Source: Puccinia triticina | Taxonomy: Eukaryota | Length of the DNA: 64,000 nt | Assembly (NCBI GenBank): GCA_026914245.1 | Contig: CP110439.1 | Location: 7,316,001-7,380,000 of the forward strand | Direction: 5' to 3' | In this document: piece after piece, positions 1-12,703 of the stretch | How positions within the stretch are numbered: position 1 is the first letter of the stretch | Layout of the letters: every line of letters starts with the position of its first letter | Position numbers and translations under genes: made by a program | The notes under the pieces: generated by a model | Databases searched by the model: none | What the model saw: only the letters and a program-made list of their open reading frames with translations | What the model was told of the DNA's origin: nothing

Positions 1-357
1 GTTAATTTACCAGTAATGGCCGTATGAAAGGGCCATTTTAGGGAAAAATTGGTCTTTCATTACAAATTCAATGACTTTTTACTTTGCCAGTGACGGCCAT
101 ATGAAGAAAGGCCAGTTACAATAACCGTGAAGCGGCTATCCGCGCGCTAGCCTTAATGATAACCGTGAAAAAAATAACTGAAGGTTGCTACTTTACTCTG
201 CAGGCCTGGTTATTGTAGAGTAAAGTAGTGACCCACAGGTGGCTCCGTGATATAAGTTGGAGAGACTTACAACATGATGGATCAACCATGATGTGCAAAA
301 CATTCTGGAAGTGTGCATCAGAATAATCAGCAGCCAGTAAATCACCATTGATACATT

Positions 358-1063
358 AGGGGGGTTCACAATTGGATTCCACCAGCAACATTTGATCACC
401 TCACCAGTAGAGATGCACACGCTGTGCAATTAAATTTTTAGCCTCACACCAGGAGGATTTTATGCTGGCTGAGCAATGGAAACATACTGGTGCCCATCAC
501 ACCATGAACCCAGGCGGGTCAAGACCAGCCATCAATCTCACATGTATATATTTATCATACACCTCAACCAATTAAAGGCCAATTATTGGGTCAACCAACA
601 CCCATACATGCACCCCACTCAATTACCAACCTGGTCATTGAGTGGAGTATTTATCCACTCAATGGCCGGATTGGGTCATCAAGTGGAGTAGTTTTCCACT
701 TGATGACCGGGCTGGTCATTGAGTGGAGTGTGTATCCACTCAATGACCGGGTTGGTCATCAAGTGGGGTGTGTGCGTGTGTCCAATCACCGGTGTTGGGG
801 AAGAGTTGAGTGTGTAATTGACCTGATGACCCGTGTTGACCAGCCATTGGATGGAGGTATGCATTCCAGGTGATGACTGGTATTGACCGGTCATTGGAAG
901 GGGTGCCGGTTGGTACATTATGAGTCTAAAATTTTTCTGGTCCCTGTTGGATGACCAGCAAAGTTTTACCATTTCTGGTGGTAATTTTACGGCCCAAATG
1001 TGCATCAGCAAGCAACATTTTATGGGGCCACCAGCAACCAAAAATCCAATTGTGAACCCCCCT
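358..1063. mobile_element. Non-autonomous DNA transposon (MITE) with AGGGGGGTTCACAATTGGATT TIRs and 3-bp ATT TSD
   Basis: TIR at 358-378 is mirrored at 1043-1063; ATT flanks both ends (355-357, 1064-1066); interior holds TGACCGG/CATTGAG subrepeats. Confidence 0.8.
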
Positions 1064-1098
1064 ATTGTAAATCTACTTCCCCTCATAAACATGCTGAA

Positions 1099-2117
1099 CC
1101 AGGGCAAGGGTGAAAGCGCTGCGCTTCAAAAAAGCACAGCGCAGCGGTTTTGGTGGCCGCTGCGCTGCGCTGAAAGTAGCGGCCCCGCCCGCTGCGCTAC
1201 CGCTTTTTGGGTCTGGCAAGAAGCAGGGACCCGCTACTTTCAGCGGTAGCGCAGCGGAACCATTGCTGCGCTACCGCCTTTTGAGCTGGTTGTGTAGCAG
1301 GTGAAAGAGGAGGATAAAGTATGGGAGAGAATTAAATGTGTTTCATATTTAATGTACTCCGCTGCCAGCCAAAAAAGCGCAGCGCAGCGCAAAGCACAAC
1401 TATTTTGGTGGCCGCTGCGCGGCGCTGAAAGGAGCGGCCCCGCCCGCTGCGCTAGCGTTTTTTGGGTCGGGTAAAAAGCGGGGCCCCGCTATTTTCAGCG
1501 GTAGCGCAGCGGGACTGGCGCTTCGTTGCCGCTTATTGGGCTGACCGCGCAGCGGTTCCCCGCTGCGCTGCGCTAAAAGAACACTTTTTTGTAGTGCAGC
1601 GCAGCGTTTCAGCCTTTCCCGGGGTCTTGTTTGGTTGAAGGCATATACAAATTCATCAACTCAAAAGCTGATATGAAAACATAAAAAAACTACTCTACCC
1701 AGTACAAAATTGTTAAAGCTGCGCTGTAGCACAGCGAAGCGGTTAGCGCAGAGGTTTTTTGTGCTGCTGCGCTAAACGCTGGGTTTAGCGGCCAGACCGC
1801 TGCGCTAACTGCTTTTTATTTTCCCTAAGAAAATGATTTTAGCACGCTAAAAAAGGCGGTCACATAGCGCTGGACCGCTGCGCTTCAGCGGTGGCACAGC
1901 AGTTTGAAAAAGAAGAAGAAAAAGGGTTGAAATCATGTTAAAAGAGGTTTAAGATACAATAAACTTCCAATGTCTGCTCAATTAGCGGATAGCGCAGCAG
2001 ATTTCCGCCTCTTCTGCGCTATTGCTAATTGCCCTGGGCGGGTAGCGGTCAACCGCTGCGCGTAGCGGGTAGCGCAGCGGTTTTTTCAACAGCTTCCGCT
2101 ACATGCCTCTGGGAAGT
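1099..2117. repeat. GCGCTGCGCT-rich MITE family copies (relatives at about 3019-3120, 28612-28915, 44140-44410, 60041-60240)
   Basis: Recurrent AAGGGTGAA(A)GCGCTGCGC end motif, imperfectly inverted at about 1598-1623; dense GCGCAGCG/CGCTGCGC subrepeats; no clear TSD found. Confidence 0.6.
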
Positions 2118-3018
2118 TGTCAAAACAAAAGTGTGTCGCCTGATGAGAAGTGACACTACGCCTCCTTACCTAGATAACTCTGGGTTTGAATGATTACCAA
2201 CGCTGGGTTTCCACAACATACAGATCTCTTCAGCACTCCGCAACGAGCCTGATAGGATCCGTCAAGTCTGTGTAAGCTTCAGCAGCTCCAATCACACACA
2301 GTAAACTCCACAGATAAGTAAGATTTTGGGTGGTAAAAACTCTCCGTGATGTAGCAATACGCAAAAACTCCGTAAGAATAGCAATAGTCACAATAATACC
2401 ATAAGAAGTATTATATAGAATAATCCAAAAAAGGAGTGAGAGAAAAGCCCCCCAAAATGTCCCTGTTCCTCCACTCCCTCCACCCGCATAACTCCTCTCC
2501 CAGCCAATGTCTCCCGCACTTGTCAAGCTCCATACGCATCACTTCCCAGCCTAGCACATCTTCAACAACTGTTCCCCTGCACCCTCTGAATAGCCTCCAA
2601 CCCCAGTCTCTACCTGGTGTGTCTGCCCCAACGTCATCCGCTTTGATTCTGTCCTCTTCCGCTTCCCCAGTTCACCTAGTGCCAGTCGGCACTATTCAGT
2701 CCGTCCGTGAGTCCCGCCAAAGTCCTACTCCAACCGTTTGGCTAAGTCCGCGCGTCCGGAGCGTGGCTCTAACCCCGGTTCCCTCGTGGTCATGACTAGT
2801 CCCCGGTCCCGCAGCTTACCCATTTGCCGACTTTCCATGTGCTTTCTAAGCAGTACATTCAAGGTTCCACTCAGTCTACATATGAGAAGCATAAGCATGC
2901 GTGCTTATCCCCTTGTTTGGATATGTAGGCTGAGCATTTGCTCAGCCACCCCACTGCATTTCCGCTTGTGCTCCGGTGAGCGGACATTCTACGCCGCCAG
3001 CCTATATAAATTGCCACA
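2118..3018. mobile_element. Probable solo LTR
   Basis: TGT...ACA ends; flanks AAGT/ACGT (4 bp, 1 mismatch); interrupts the GCGCT repeat; its last 40 bp resemble the end of 21517-23035. Confidence 0.6.
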
Positions 3019-3725
3019 ACGTAGCAGTGGGACCGCTGCGCTACACTAAATGACCACTTTTTTTTAGCGCAGAGCAGCAGTTACAACTTTGGCTAAAAAA
3101 ATACTCACGGGCCAGCAGTGCTTGAGTCGCGGGTGGGGCAGGGGAAGACTAGGCCCGGGAAGTTACTTACATACAGCCATGTTGGAAAAGCTTGCGGGCT
3201 TGTGTGGCTGAAAATGATTTCTGCATTTCAGCCACAGGCCTGTACAGCTTGACTGTACTGGCAGTCAAAACCACTTTGAACGGCTGAGTTGGCTTGAGGG
3301 AACTGGTGGCTAATGGGCTGCGCCGGCGGTAAGGCGCAGCCCATTAGCCACCAGTTTTCAAGGAGGTTACAGTCACATACAGTGGTGACCTCGCAGTCGG
3401 CTGTTATGACCGGGGCACATATGGGTGAAGATGTGAAAGATGTAAACCTGAAAATAAAGAAGACACCACGGCGAGCAAAGGCCTAGATGAAAATCCCAAT
3501 CTCACTCTTGCCAAATTGCCTTGGTGCGCAAATATTGGCTGACTGGTTAGATTTTCTTTCATCATACATTATTTATCAAGTGTCCAATTCTGAAACTACT
3601 GAGTAATGAGGGCTCTACAACTCGTAATTCTTCAAGAGTTAATGGGTGAAGAGTGCGCGTTTAGAAGGGCCATAGGAGAAAAAGACTGATTGAATGAAGC
3701 TATATGGACTGCTACAAGCTTAGGC

Positions 3726-5181
3726 TTAGTGGCAAACTTGCTTTTGGGGGTCGTTGTTACCGCAGAGGACGCTGCTTCTGGTCTTCAAAATAACTCGACC
3801 GTTGTCTCCTGCAGCTCCTTCCTTCAAGCTAACCACACCGGACTGATGCAGAGATTATGATGTCAACAAGATTTCCTACTAGCTTCACACCTGACTGATC
3901 AAAAATAAGAGTTGGGAAAGTTTACTCACTTTGCCGTTGCACCGGTCAAGTAACTTGTCAAATGTGGGGCGAACAACCTGCCGGTTTCTGTAAGGTTTTT
4001 GTTCAATTTGAAAGTAGTGGAGTCAGTAATCGCAGACAAATAAGGTCGATGGGATTCAAACTGACGCGATAACGTCGGATTCATCGGACGTGGAAATGGA
4101 TACCTGTTGGCAAAGAGAAGAATAAATTTAGCGCATCCGATCCAAACGATTCGCGGTGAAGGCGTAAGAGCTAGGTAGAATGGAAATTGGATAGACTCAC
4201 AGTGCATGATTTAAAGGTCTTCGTAATTTTAGGGGACATCAGTTTATTATCATCGAGGAATTCACCCTCGATGCTGATACTGATAGACTCGTAGGCCCTA
4301 AAGCAGTGCGAAAATCACGCCTGGTCAGCTGGGGTATTCGAGCGGACATGCCAAAACTGGGCTCGAAAGATACAATAACCTACTTCACACAATCTTCCTT
4401 CTTGGTTTCAGGCGCATTGGAGTTAAGTCCACAGGTTTCCTTCAAGAACGGGAAATCCGAGTCGTAAATGTTAAACTGTTTAAGGCCGCGGTTACCGATG
4501 TTCAAAAGTACTGTCTCGTTAGATGGGAGTTTGCTCCCTCCGGTCTACAGAAATAGAACATCCCGATGAGTCACTTCACTCATCTAGCTGATGCTCTGTA
4601 GACGAAATGAGAGATCTTAGTACTACTTACCCCTGGTTGGCATTTATCAAGAATTTGGGCAAAGGCGCGTTCAATTTGCTTCTTAGTACTGTCACCATAC
4701 ATCCATTAATTTTTACATCAGATCCCCGATGACTAAGCAACATGCTGGAAAAAATTGGTTTACGCACGGTGCCGGGTCAGCGCCCTTTGGATTTTGGACG
4801 ATGATCTAATGATTGGTTGATGATATCAGAAAAATCAGTCAGGATACACTTGGGACTCATCGGGAGGCCTGAGCTATTTGGAAGCAAAGGACGTGGGCAT
4901 ACAGAACAGTCTCCGTTAACGTATCCGAAGGATTTAGATGCTTTACCAAGAACACCGTCGCGGTAGACTATTTGAGAGATTGCGCTATGGGAATGGAGTG
5001 TATCGTTCGAAAACTTGGTGAGTACATTGCGACTGTAAGGCTAGACTTGCGGGAGGAAACGCGACGCGTACTTTTCACATTCCTCCCTGCGCACAGTAGT
5101 GCCCGGGTAACAGTCTATCGCTAAAGAGTGGCGAGCTAGCAGGCCGATGACAGTCAAAAACCTAATTCCGTGGGCAAACAT
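3726..5181 (-). CDS. Secreted Cys-rich protein (about 250 aa, 9 exons) with two tandem homologous domains; candidate effector
   Basis: ATG at 5181; signal-peptide-like MFAHGIRFLTVIGLLARHSLA; 8 GT-AG introns splice in frame to DCYPG..ECENAISQIVY..GDCSIIV..ILDKCQPG / TCGLN..DCVKAYESI..KSCTVSI..LLDRCNGK..VCH stop (3726-3728); 10 Cys. Confidence 0.85.
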
Positions 5182-6427
5182 TGTTACTTCTGGGGTACAC
5201 TAGGATGGTTAAAGTTGGAGATGTGGAGGTGAAGTTTGCAATAGATTTACGAGAGGAGGCGGCTACAAAAGGCAGGGCTAGAGGGGGAACCCTTTTATGG
5301 ATGCAGTCCCCTCAAGGACCAAAGCCCGAAGACGGAGCATCATAAGATCTGCAGAGTCACCGCATTCTGATTCCGAATCGCGATCTGTAAATTTTCTCGT
5401 TTGTCTGGTGACGGTAAGCCCAAAAGCCACCGGTGTTCATGGATGCTACAGCCTCATACAGTAGAAACCAAGTCGTGGGCGCTTTGTTATTCCGCTCAGA
5501 ATCGATTGGAAACGACACCCGGCAGAGGAATCGAACGGCGCGGCCGGAACACCATGCCAGTGCCTTTTAAGAATCTGTGCACACAATCGGCGAGAAGTCT
5601 GGCTTTGTGTGGACCAGACCTCCGGCTACTATTGTCCATAGCAGTGGGGTGTCCGTCGTTCGAATAATACCGCTTCTTCGAAATTTTCCTTGCAGAGTGG
5701 CCGTAACCAATCCGCCAACTAAGGATCCCGAGGTTCAAACGCGTCGGGCCAGTAAGACTTATTTGATTGTAACCTCTGATGGTTGCCGAACCCGGTCCCG
5801 CTCGCGGCGAATCTGGAAAAATCATGACTATGTGTGATGCATCGCCTGGCAATCGGACCTGGACAGCTTCCTGGATCAATTTTGAACCCCCCTATTTTAC
5901 CTGCCAACATAGAATGTCCGTCCGAAAGATGGTGTAAGCAGCTCCGGCATAGGGCTGAAGATTCCATTTTCCACCATGTGTACAACGCAACTTATCAAGC
6001 GTGCTGTTTACTCGCATGGCCGGCCGGGTTAAACCAATGCGGTGCAATAAACGCCATGACGACAGAGCCCCGGCTCGCTTCATCTCTTAATCTAACCTGA
6101 TCTGTTCCGGCCGTCCGGCCTCAAGACTGATCAGGTTGGCGCCAGTGGCAGTGCAATCACCGATGCCGACGGCGTGTTCAAGATAAAAGACTGTGACGTG
6201 ATGGTAAAACTCAAAAGCCGAAACAATTGTCATTTTACGATCCATCCTTGGGATGGCCAAGTGACTCGGCAACGTGAAGTGTCTTGTGAGGTGTCAACCA
6301 GGTCCAGGCATCCAGAATCCTTTGAAGTGTGATTTGGTGGGCGCACTTATGAATATGCATTTTGTGTTTGTAAATACAAAATCGAGCCTCTTCTTCCCCT
6401 TTTCTCACTCAACGGCGACGTGTAGAC

Positions 6428-7481
6428 ATGAGGACGATGGCACTTCAAGGGTACTCCAGATCCTCTCAACTAAAGCGACCTGGCCTCGCATGGATGGCGG
6501 TTTCAACGTTGATGCTACTTGGCTCGAATACGGTGGAGTCGAATACGCTAATCGAATCGTTTGCGATCCCAAGGAATCAGATAGATGCGCTTCAGATGCA
6601 TGGAGGTCGGTTCTTATTAATAAAACAGTCAGTCAGTAGGCTTCCAGATTTACGGTGATCTCGAACCACATCTCCAAGCTGGTCTGACCCCTCTTTCGCC
6701 TCTTCCGATTTGTTGGCTGCTGTCTATTCTCTTCATTAGGCCCGATTCAACCGAAGCCTTGTCGAAAAACAGTTGGGACGACAAGGGAGGCAGTGATTTG
6801 CGAAGCCGAATGAGAGAGGTCGTAGAGGAGTATAGCCATGGATATGAAGAAGATCTCGAGCAGTCAGCGAAGCGGGAGCCAAGCAGCGAATCGACCGCGA
6901 TAGTCTCTATCAAGCCGAACCGATTGACCCGGCTCCGGCTCAACCTTAACAGGAATCCGCTTCCTCAGAAGTTTTCTTATCTTTTCCTGCTATCCCAGGA
7001 CGAGCGACTGCGTGGATCAAGCGGCCGAGAAACAAAAACGCACGAAAAACTTTTTGACCCGTTTTCGAATTGGATCAACCGCTCAGTCACCACTCTGTTG
7101 CGTTTGGTTGGACGACCGATGCTGGATGACCAGCGATTCTCCGTCCGATTCAGTTGGGATGCAAGTGACCATGTCGGCCTCCATCTGGACCTCGACCCTT
7201 CCCCCTCTCCCCTCTCAGATCTCATGGCCAATGATACCCTGACCCCTGCGTTTTTCAACTTGACTATCACCCCCAATTTCGACAAATTCTTCGATCACCA
7301 CTCCGCCCAGACCGATAGTTTTGTCGATCTGGTGGTGATTGTTGAACCCCTGCTGCTGAACCTTCTACCCATGTTTACTTTACTTCCTCTGTTTTCTACC
7401 TGCGTCTGCATCTTGTCAGTCATTTATATTGCTAACGTACCTGCTCGATTTGAAAATTTCCTCAAGAGTTCTGTAGCCTAA
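6428..7481 (+). CDS. Signal peptide plus C-terminal TM protein, Pga1-like (GPI mannosyltransferase II co-activator); 2 exons
   Basis: Exon 1 ends at 6627 (CA|gtcagt), exon 2 starts at 6740 (cattag|G) and joins the 240-aa ORF; hydrophobic leader then NTL; motifs RFSVRFSWDAS and VIVEPLLLNLLP before a TM helix recall fungal Pga1 proteins. Start could be 6428, 6437 or 6494. Confidence 0.6.
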
Positions 7482-8030
7482 GTTGTTTACATTTCTCTTT
7501 AAGCATGTAAGATCAGATGTTGTTTTATTTATTTCCTCTCATTTGCATTGCTAATTATGTAGGACAGTTCATGTGGACCGCTTTGCTGATTGGTTGGATG
7601 ATGATGGGCTCAAATCGGCCATGAGCCAACTTGTCAGCTGTGCAGATCGGCTTGTCCCTCTAGGCGTTCCACAAGCCCACCCCGACCCTTCCTCAATCAG
7701 CCGTTTGCGCTGCCAACCTTGAGTGTCGAGATACCCGTCCGAAAGAAGAGTCCCGACATAGGGTTGAGAGCTTCCCGACAAGATCTGGGCACAGGGTTGG
7801 TTTGGAATTGTTGAGGCAACCAGTTTGTGTCAATTGTCATTGAACTGTGTCGAGTGATGGCCGGCGGTGGGAACCTGGGTCCGGGCTGAGGCTGATTACA
7901 TAAGCGGGAGAAGGTGTACCTTCTCACTCAGCTTTCAAAACCGAAACTCATGTGAAACTCCTCTGGAACGAACCACGCAGATACGAAGAAAGCAACGCAA
8001 GCAGGTCCGAGAACCAAGCCAGATTCAGAG

Positions 8031-11000
8031 ATGAATCATCCAGATCACTCGATCGGAGACGCGACCGCTGGACCAGATAAGACTACCGGTGGCGTATCCC
8101 GACTGGCTGGCCTCACTTTCGGAACAGACGAGGATAGTTTCCATAGCCAAGACTACGAACCAGAACCACCACCACCACCATCACGGAACCCTGACAAGAA
8201 GAAGAAGCAGAGTGCCAGGAAAACCCCATCAGATCAGCCCAAGAACAGCAACGCCGACCCCGATCCAGATCACACCCAAGACACGGATGGAATGATGAAC
8301 GAACTTGACAGCTATATCACCCAGAAACATCCCAGGAAATCAGCCGCACACCTCAATGATTCTGCTGCATTCATCATCAGTCCACTCAGCAGTCCAGAAA
8401 ACTCTAGGCTCGAACGAGCCAACTCTAGCAACTATGCCAAAAAACTCTCGCCCAGTCGAAGACCTCTAAATTCTGGCGATCCAATCCGTGGTGGAGGCAA
8501 CCATCTCACCTTACGAGAGCAGGAAAAAGTCAGTATCCTCTCTCCTCAACCTTCTCCCGCAACACTAATCACCCCTTTTATTTGTTAAACAAACTATTTA
8601 TTCAGGTGATCGATGAAGTTAAAAAAGAAAACTTCAATTTAAAGTTGAAGATATACTTTTTGGAAGACAGATTGGCAAAGCTGGCACCAGATCAGGTCGA
8701 CTTAGCCCTGAAGGAGAACGTCGAAATCAAGGTCGAATTTCAAACCGTCCGACAAGAGCTGAAACGATACAAGCGCTTACTACTCGAAGCAGAACGCGCA
8801 ATCGAGTTAGCAAAGACCGAACGCGACGAACTGCTCGAGCAAAAGTCATTGGCGGAGGAGAGAACCAGCTCTGGATTACAAGCCGAAGTAAGGAAGGCAA
8901 GAGATGAATTGGCGCTCAAGGATAAGTCGATCCAGAGCCTGGAAAGCGAGCTGCAGAGGCTCAAAGATCGATTGGAACGCTTTTCTTCCAGAGATACCCC
9001 ATCCAAGATCGTTTCTAGTCACGCCCGAAATCATGCTCGCCATTCGGTCTCTAATCAATCCGTCGATGAATGGTCCACTCAAGAACATATGATGGAGATC
9101 AAAAACCTCAAGAACGAGTTGACTGAAGAGCGTCAGTTGAAAGAAGACCTTCTCGGCGACAACCAAGATTTGAGACACCGATTGATCGAGACCAAGAATG
9201 CCTTACAAGATACTCAAGACGAGATCCAGCGAATCAGCCGAGTCGAAGAACATGGCTATCGAAGTCATCAGATCAGTAGAGCCCAAAGCAGATTTGAAGA
9301 AGATCCCGACGACTACTTAAGTTCCGGCCGAAAATCAACCCTCACATCGATCTCAACCGGGGGCGTCTCCAACCAAAAGGTGATCAAAGAATTCAAAAGA
9401 GAGATCCAAGACTTGGAGAAACAGCTTCGTGAATTAGAAAACGAAAATATCGAATTAAGATCTCAAGTCAATGCTCAAGTGAAGATGCTCTCGACAAAGA
9501 ACTCAGAGAAGGATAAGCTGCAAGATCAAGTCAGCAATCTCAAGAGGAAGGTCCTCGATTTGCAGGACGAGTTAGACCAAGATGCTCGCGAGTTTCAAAA
9601 GATTCAGCAAGCCGGTAACACCAGTCTCCATGATCAAGCAGCCGATGAAGTGCGAGAGGTCAGTCAACCTTTTGTTGTTTATTGATTCCCAGTCGGGATC
9701 GCTCCTAATCTTCCATGCCAATATTTTGGACCGTTTAGGAATTGAATATGTATCGAGATAAATCAGCGTCTGCTCTATTGACCCTGGAAAAAAGAGAGAA
9801 AGAAGTCGATGAACTGAATGCCGAATTGGACGATCGAGATGCGATTTTCAACGATGAAGTTCAGAAAATCACTAACCAATATAACCGTGAGCTCGATGCT
9901 ATCAAATCTGAAAGAGATGAATTCCAAGAGGTAAAAAGCGCCAATTTTCTCTGGTTACATTTCCAAAAATCATTCTAATCTGTTATCCCGGGGGTTGATT
10001 ACAGGTACTGAATGAACGGGAAGATCAAATTGCCGAACTCAGCGATCAGCTAAGGGAAGTCATCAATTTACAAGAGGAAACGGACAAATCCTTACGAGAA
10101 GCAAAAAGCAGGCTGAAAGAGAAGGAAAAAGATTATAACTCTGTCCTTCAAGACCTGGAAGCTGCGCAAACTGATCTCAAAGAGGTTCATCGCCAAGATC
10201 GTTCTTAGTTTCACGTTAGATCGGGAGGAGTATACTAACACGCTTTCTTCTTTCCATTCTTGTGGAAATATCACGTTTTCTATCAGATTGGGGGCGGCAA
10301 TCGAGAACTCGCCGCGGAAGTTAACGAGAAAGACCAGCAAATCAACGAGCTCAATGCTGAGTTGGATGAACTGGAGCAAGAAGCATCAAACCGCGCGACA
10401 GTTCATGAGCAAGTGGTTGCAAAGCTGAAACAGGTTCGCAAGTTTTCAGCTCTATATTATTTCTGTTCTCAGAACCATTCCCTTGCAAGGAGGGTATGAG
10501 GTCTGTGTCCTCCAGACAGATGCCAACGAAAATCGCCGTGCATTTTTGTGTGTAAAAGAAATTAAACAGCACCAAAACAGAACTTACCGAGCTTTCGATC
10601 CAACATGAATCATGTTTATCCGAGTTAAAATTCTTGCAAGACAAGCACGAAGAACTTCAATTAAGACAGGCGGAGATGGAGGAGCGACGGAAGCTTGAAT
10701 CGGATCATAAGCGCAGATTAGAGAGAGAACTTGATGATCTTGAGCGCGAATTACGCGGGACTCGAGAGGAAATGGACCTTCAAATCATCGCTTCTAGGAA
10801 GGAGAAACGGGAACTCCAGTCTTCCCTTCAGCTTACGCTTGATGCCAAACAAAAGGTATGTGGGCATTGGTACTCCACACATACACAAAGCATGACAGCT
10901 AATATCCGGAAAACATCTAGGCCTTGTCCCAAGCCGAAAGTGATATAGCCAACCTCAAAGGGAAACTAGAGATCCGAGAAGAAGACATCGAGAAACTGGA

Positions 11001-12703
11001 AAATATGTTGAAGCGATTGGAAAACGAATCCAATCAGATCAACCAATCCCAGTCCCACGATAAGTTCTCCTTGGAACTCGAAATCGAACGGATCCAGAGA
11101 GACCTGCTCAATTCTAATCAAGAAGCTCAAGCCCTCAAAGACCAAAACGCTTCCTTCAAGAACCAAATCTCTAAATTCCAGGCAACCATCTCCAATTTGG
11201 TTCGGGATTTCTCTCTTTCTCATCTCGTCTCACAGCCCTTTTACCAGTCGTCTTTTTCACCTGCCTCTTGCTTATCATCTCTGCCTATCTTTCTGGGGCG
11301 CCGAATGGGATAGAATTCCGAGAAAGACGAATTGTTCGATAAGTTGCAAGGTGTGCAACGCGCTCGGGATTCACTGAATGAGAAGTACGAGGAACAGACT
11401 AAGGTGAGTAGTACTTCATTCATATTCCTCATGTGCATCTGCGCAGCCGCACGTGCCTATTGCGCTTCTCGATGCACAACATCGAGAACAGCAGTACTTC
11501 TGCGACAAACACCCAACGTACCTCACTGGGTATTTGTTTCGGATGACCAGGCGATTCCGTCGTCGGCACTTAGTCGTATCTTCTGTCTCTGATTTTGCAT
11601 GTTTTCCCCATCTGATTTCTCTGCCCTCGGTAATTTTAGAACCTTCGAGAAACTCGAAACGATCTATCGGTGACCAAGAATCGATTGCAATCTCTCGAAG
11701 ATGAATTAGCTTCCGATCACTTGCAGCTGAACAAGTTCGAGCATCAGTACAAGGATCAGATCAGCGAACGAAATACCCTCTTGTTGACGATTTACCAGTA
11801 CATCGACAAGCTTTTAAGCAGTGGATCTACTCATGTAAGTTATGTTTCCTGAGACTCTTATCTAACGGTTTCTTTTCTCAATAGTAATCCGTTTGCTGTT
11901 GTAATCGAATAGAGGAGGATCAGTAGTGCACACGATGCCAAACCGTTCTCGAACTTTACAGTTTTCCACGAAAGTATCATCAATCGACTCAAAAGCTTGG
12001 GAGCCATGCAATCGGGATTTGATACGAAGATCAAGGAGGTTGAGAAGAAACTTGAGAAACAGTACATGTGAGTAGCCTACACATTGCAAAGATGGCATGG
12101 CTGGATTGACCCGCCCAGCTTATCATGAAATGCTTGAACAGCTCTTTGAAGCGACAGCATGATAGTAGGATGAGGCAACTGGATCAATTCGAAACAACCA
12201 TCAAAGCAGCCACCGACACCCAGCGCCAATGGCGCGCGCGACTGACGACGAAACAAGGAGAAGTGGAAGCAGCAAAGGAGACGTGCAACGAGCTACAGAA
12301 GCAAATCAGTTCATTGAAGACGCGAGCGTCGATAGCAGGCACGAGTCCAGGCTCGATAACCGAGCAAAGACAAGCCGCGACGAAGGTGACCAACCTGGAG
12401 AAGAAGCTAGCGGCGACTCAGAACCAGCTCAAACTGACGGAAGAGAAGTTCAACGAAGCCAAGCTCAAAGTGGCCACCGTCGAATCCAGCTGGCAGGCAC
12501 GCTTGAAAGAGCTCCAGGATCGTAATAAGGAGTTGGAGGAGAAAGTCAAGCGCGAGAAGAAGTCCGCTAAGGAACGTAAAACTGACCTCGATAATCAAGT
12601 CTCCGAGTTGAAAGACCAGATCGTCATGTCTGATCAACGTTCTAAACAACTGGAGGAACTCTTGATATCTAATCAACAAAAAATCCAATCCCAGGCCAAA
12701 TAG
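8031..12703 (+). CDS. apsB: Centrosomin-motif (CM1) coiled-coil MTOC protein, ApsB/Mto1 family; about 10 exons
   Basis: CM1 motif LTLREQEKVIDEVKKENFNLKLKIYFLEDRL spans intron 8529-8605; long heptad coiled coil; KPFSNFTVFHE; C-terminal WQARLKELQDRNKELEEKVKREK resembles the Mto2-binding region; exons splice in frame to TAG at 12703. Confidence 0.9.

Noticed and set aside
3302..3357. Perfect 24-bp stem hairpin as an ncRNA or terminator
   Set aside because: It lies in repeat-rich DNA and is more simply the centre of a MITE; nothing indicates expression.
5400..6270. Gene in the CpG-rich interval between the divergent genes
   Set aside because: No ORF with recognisable motifs or a consistent splice model.
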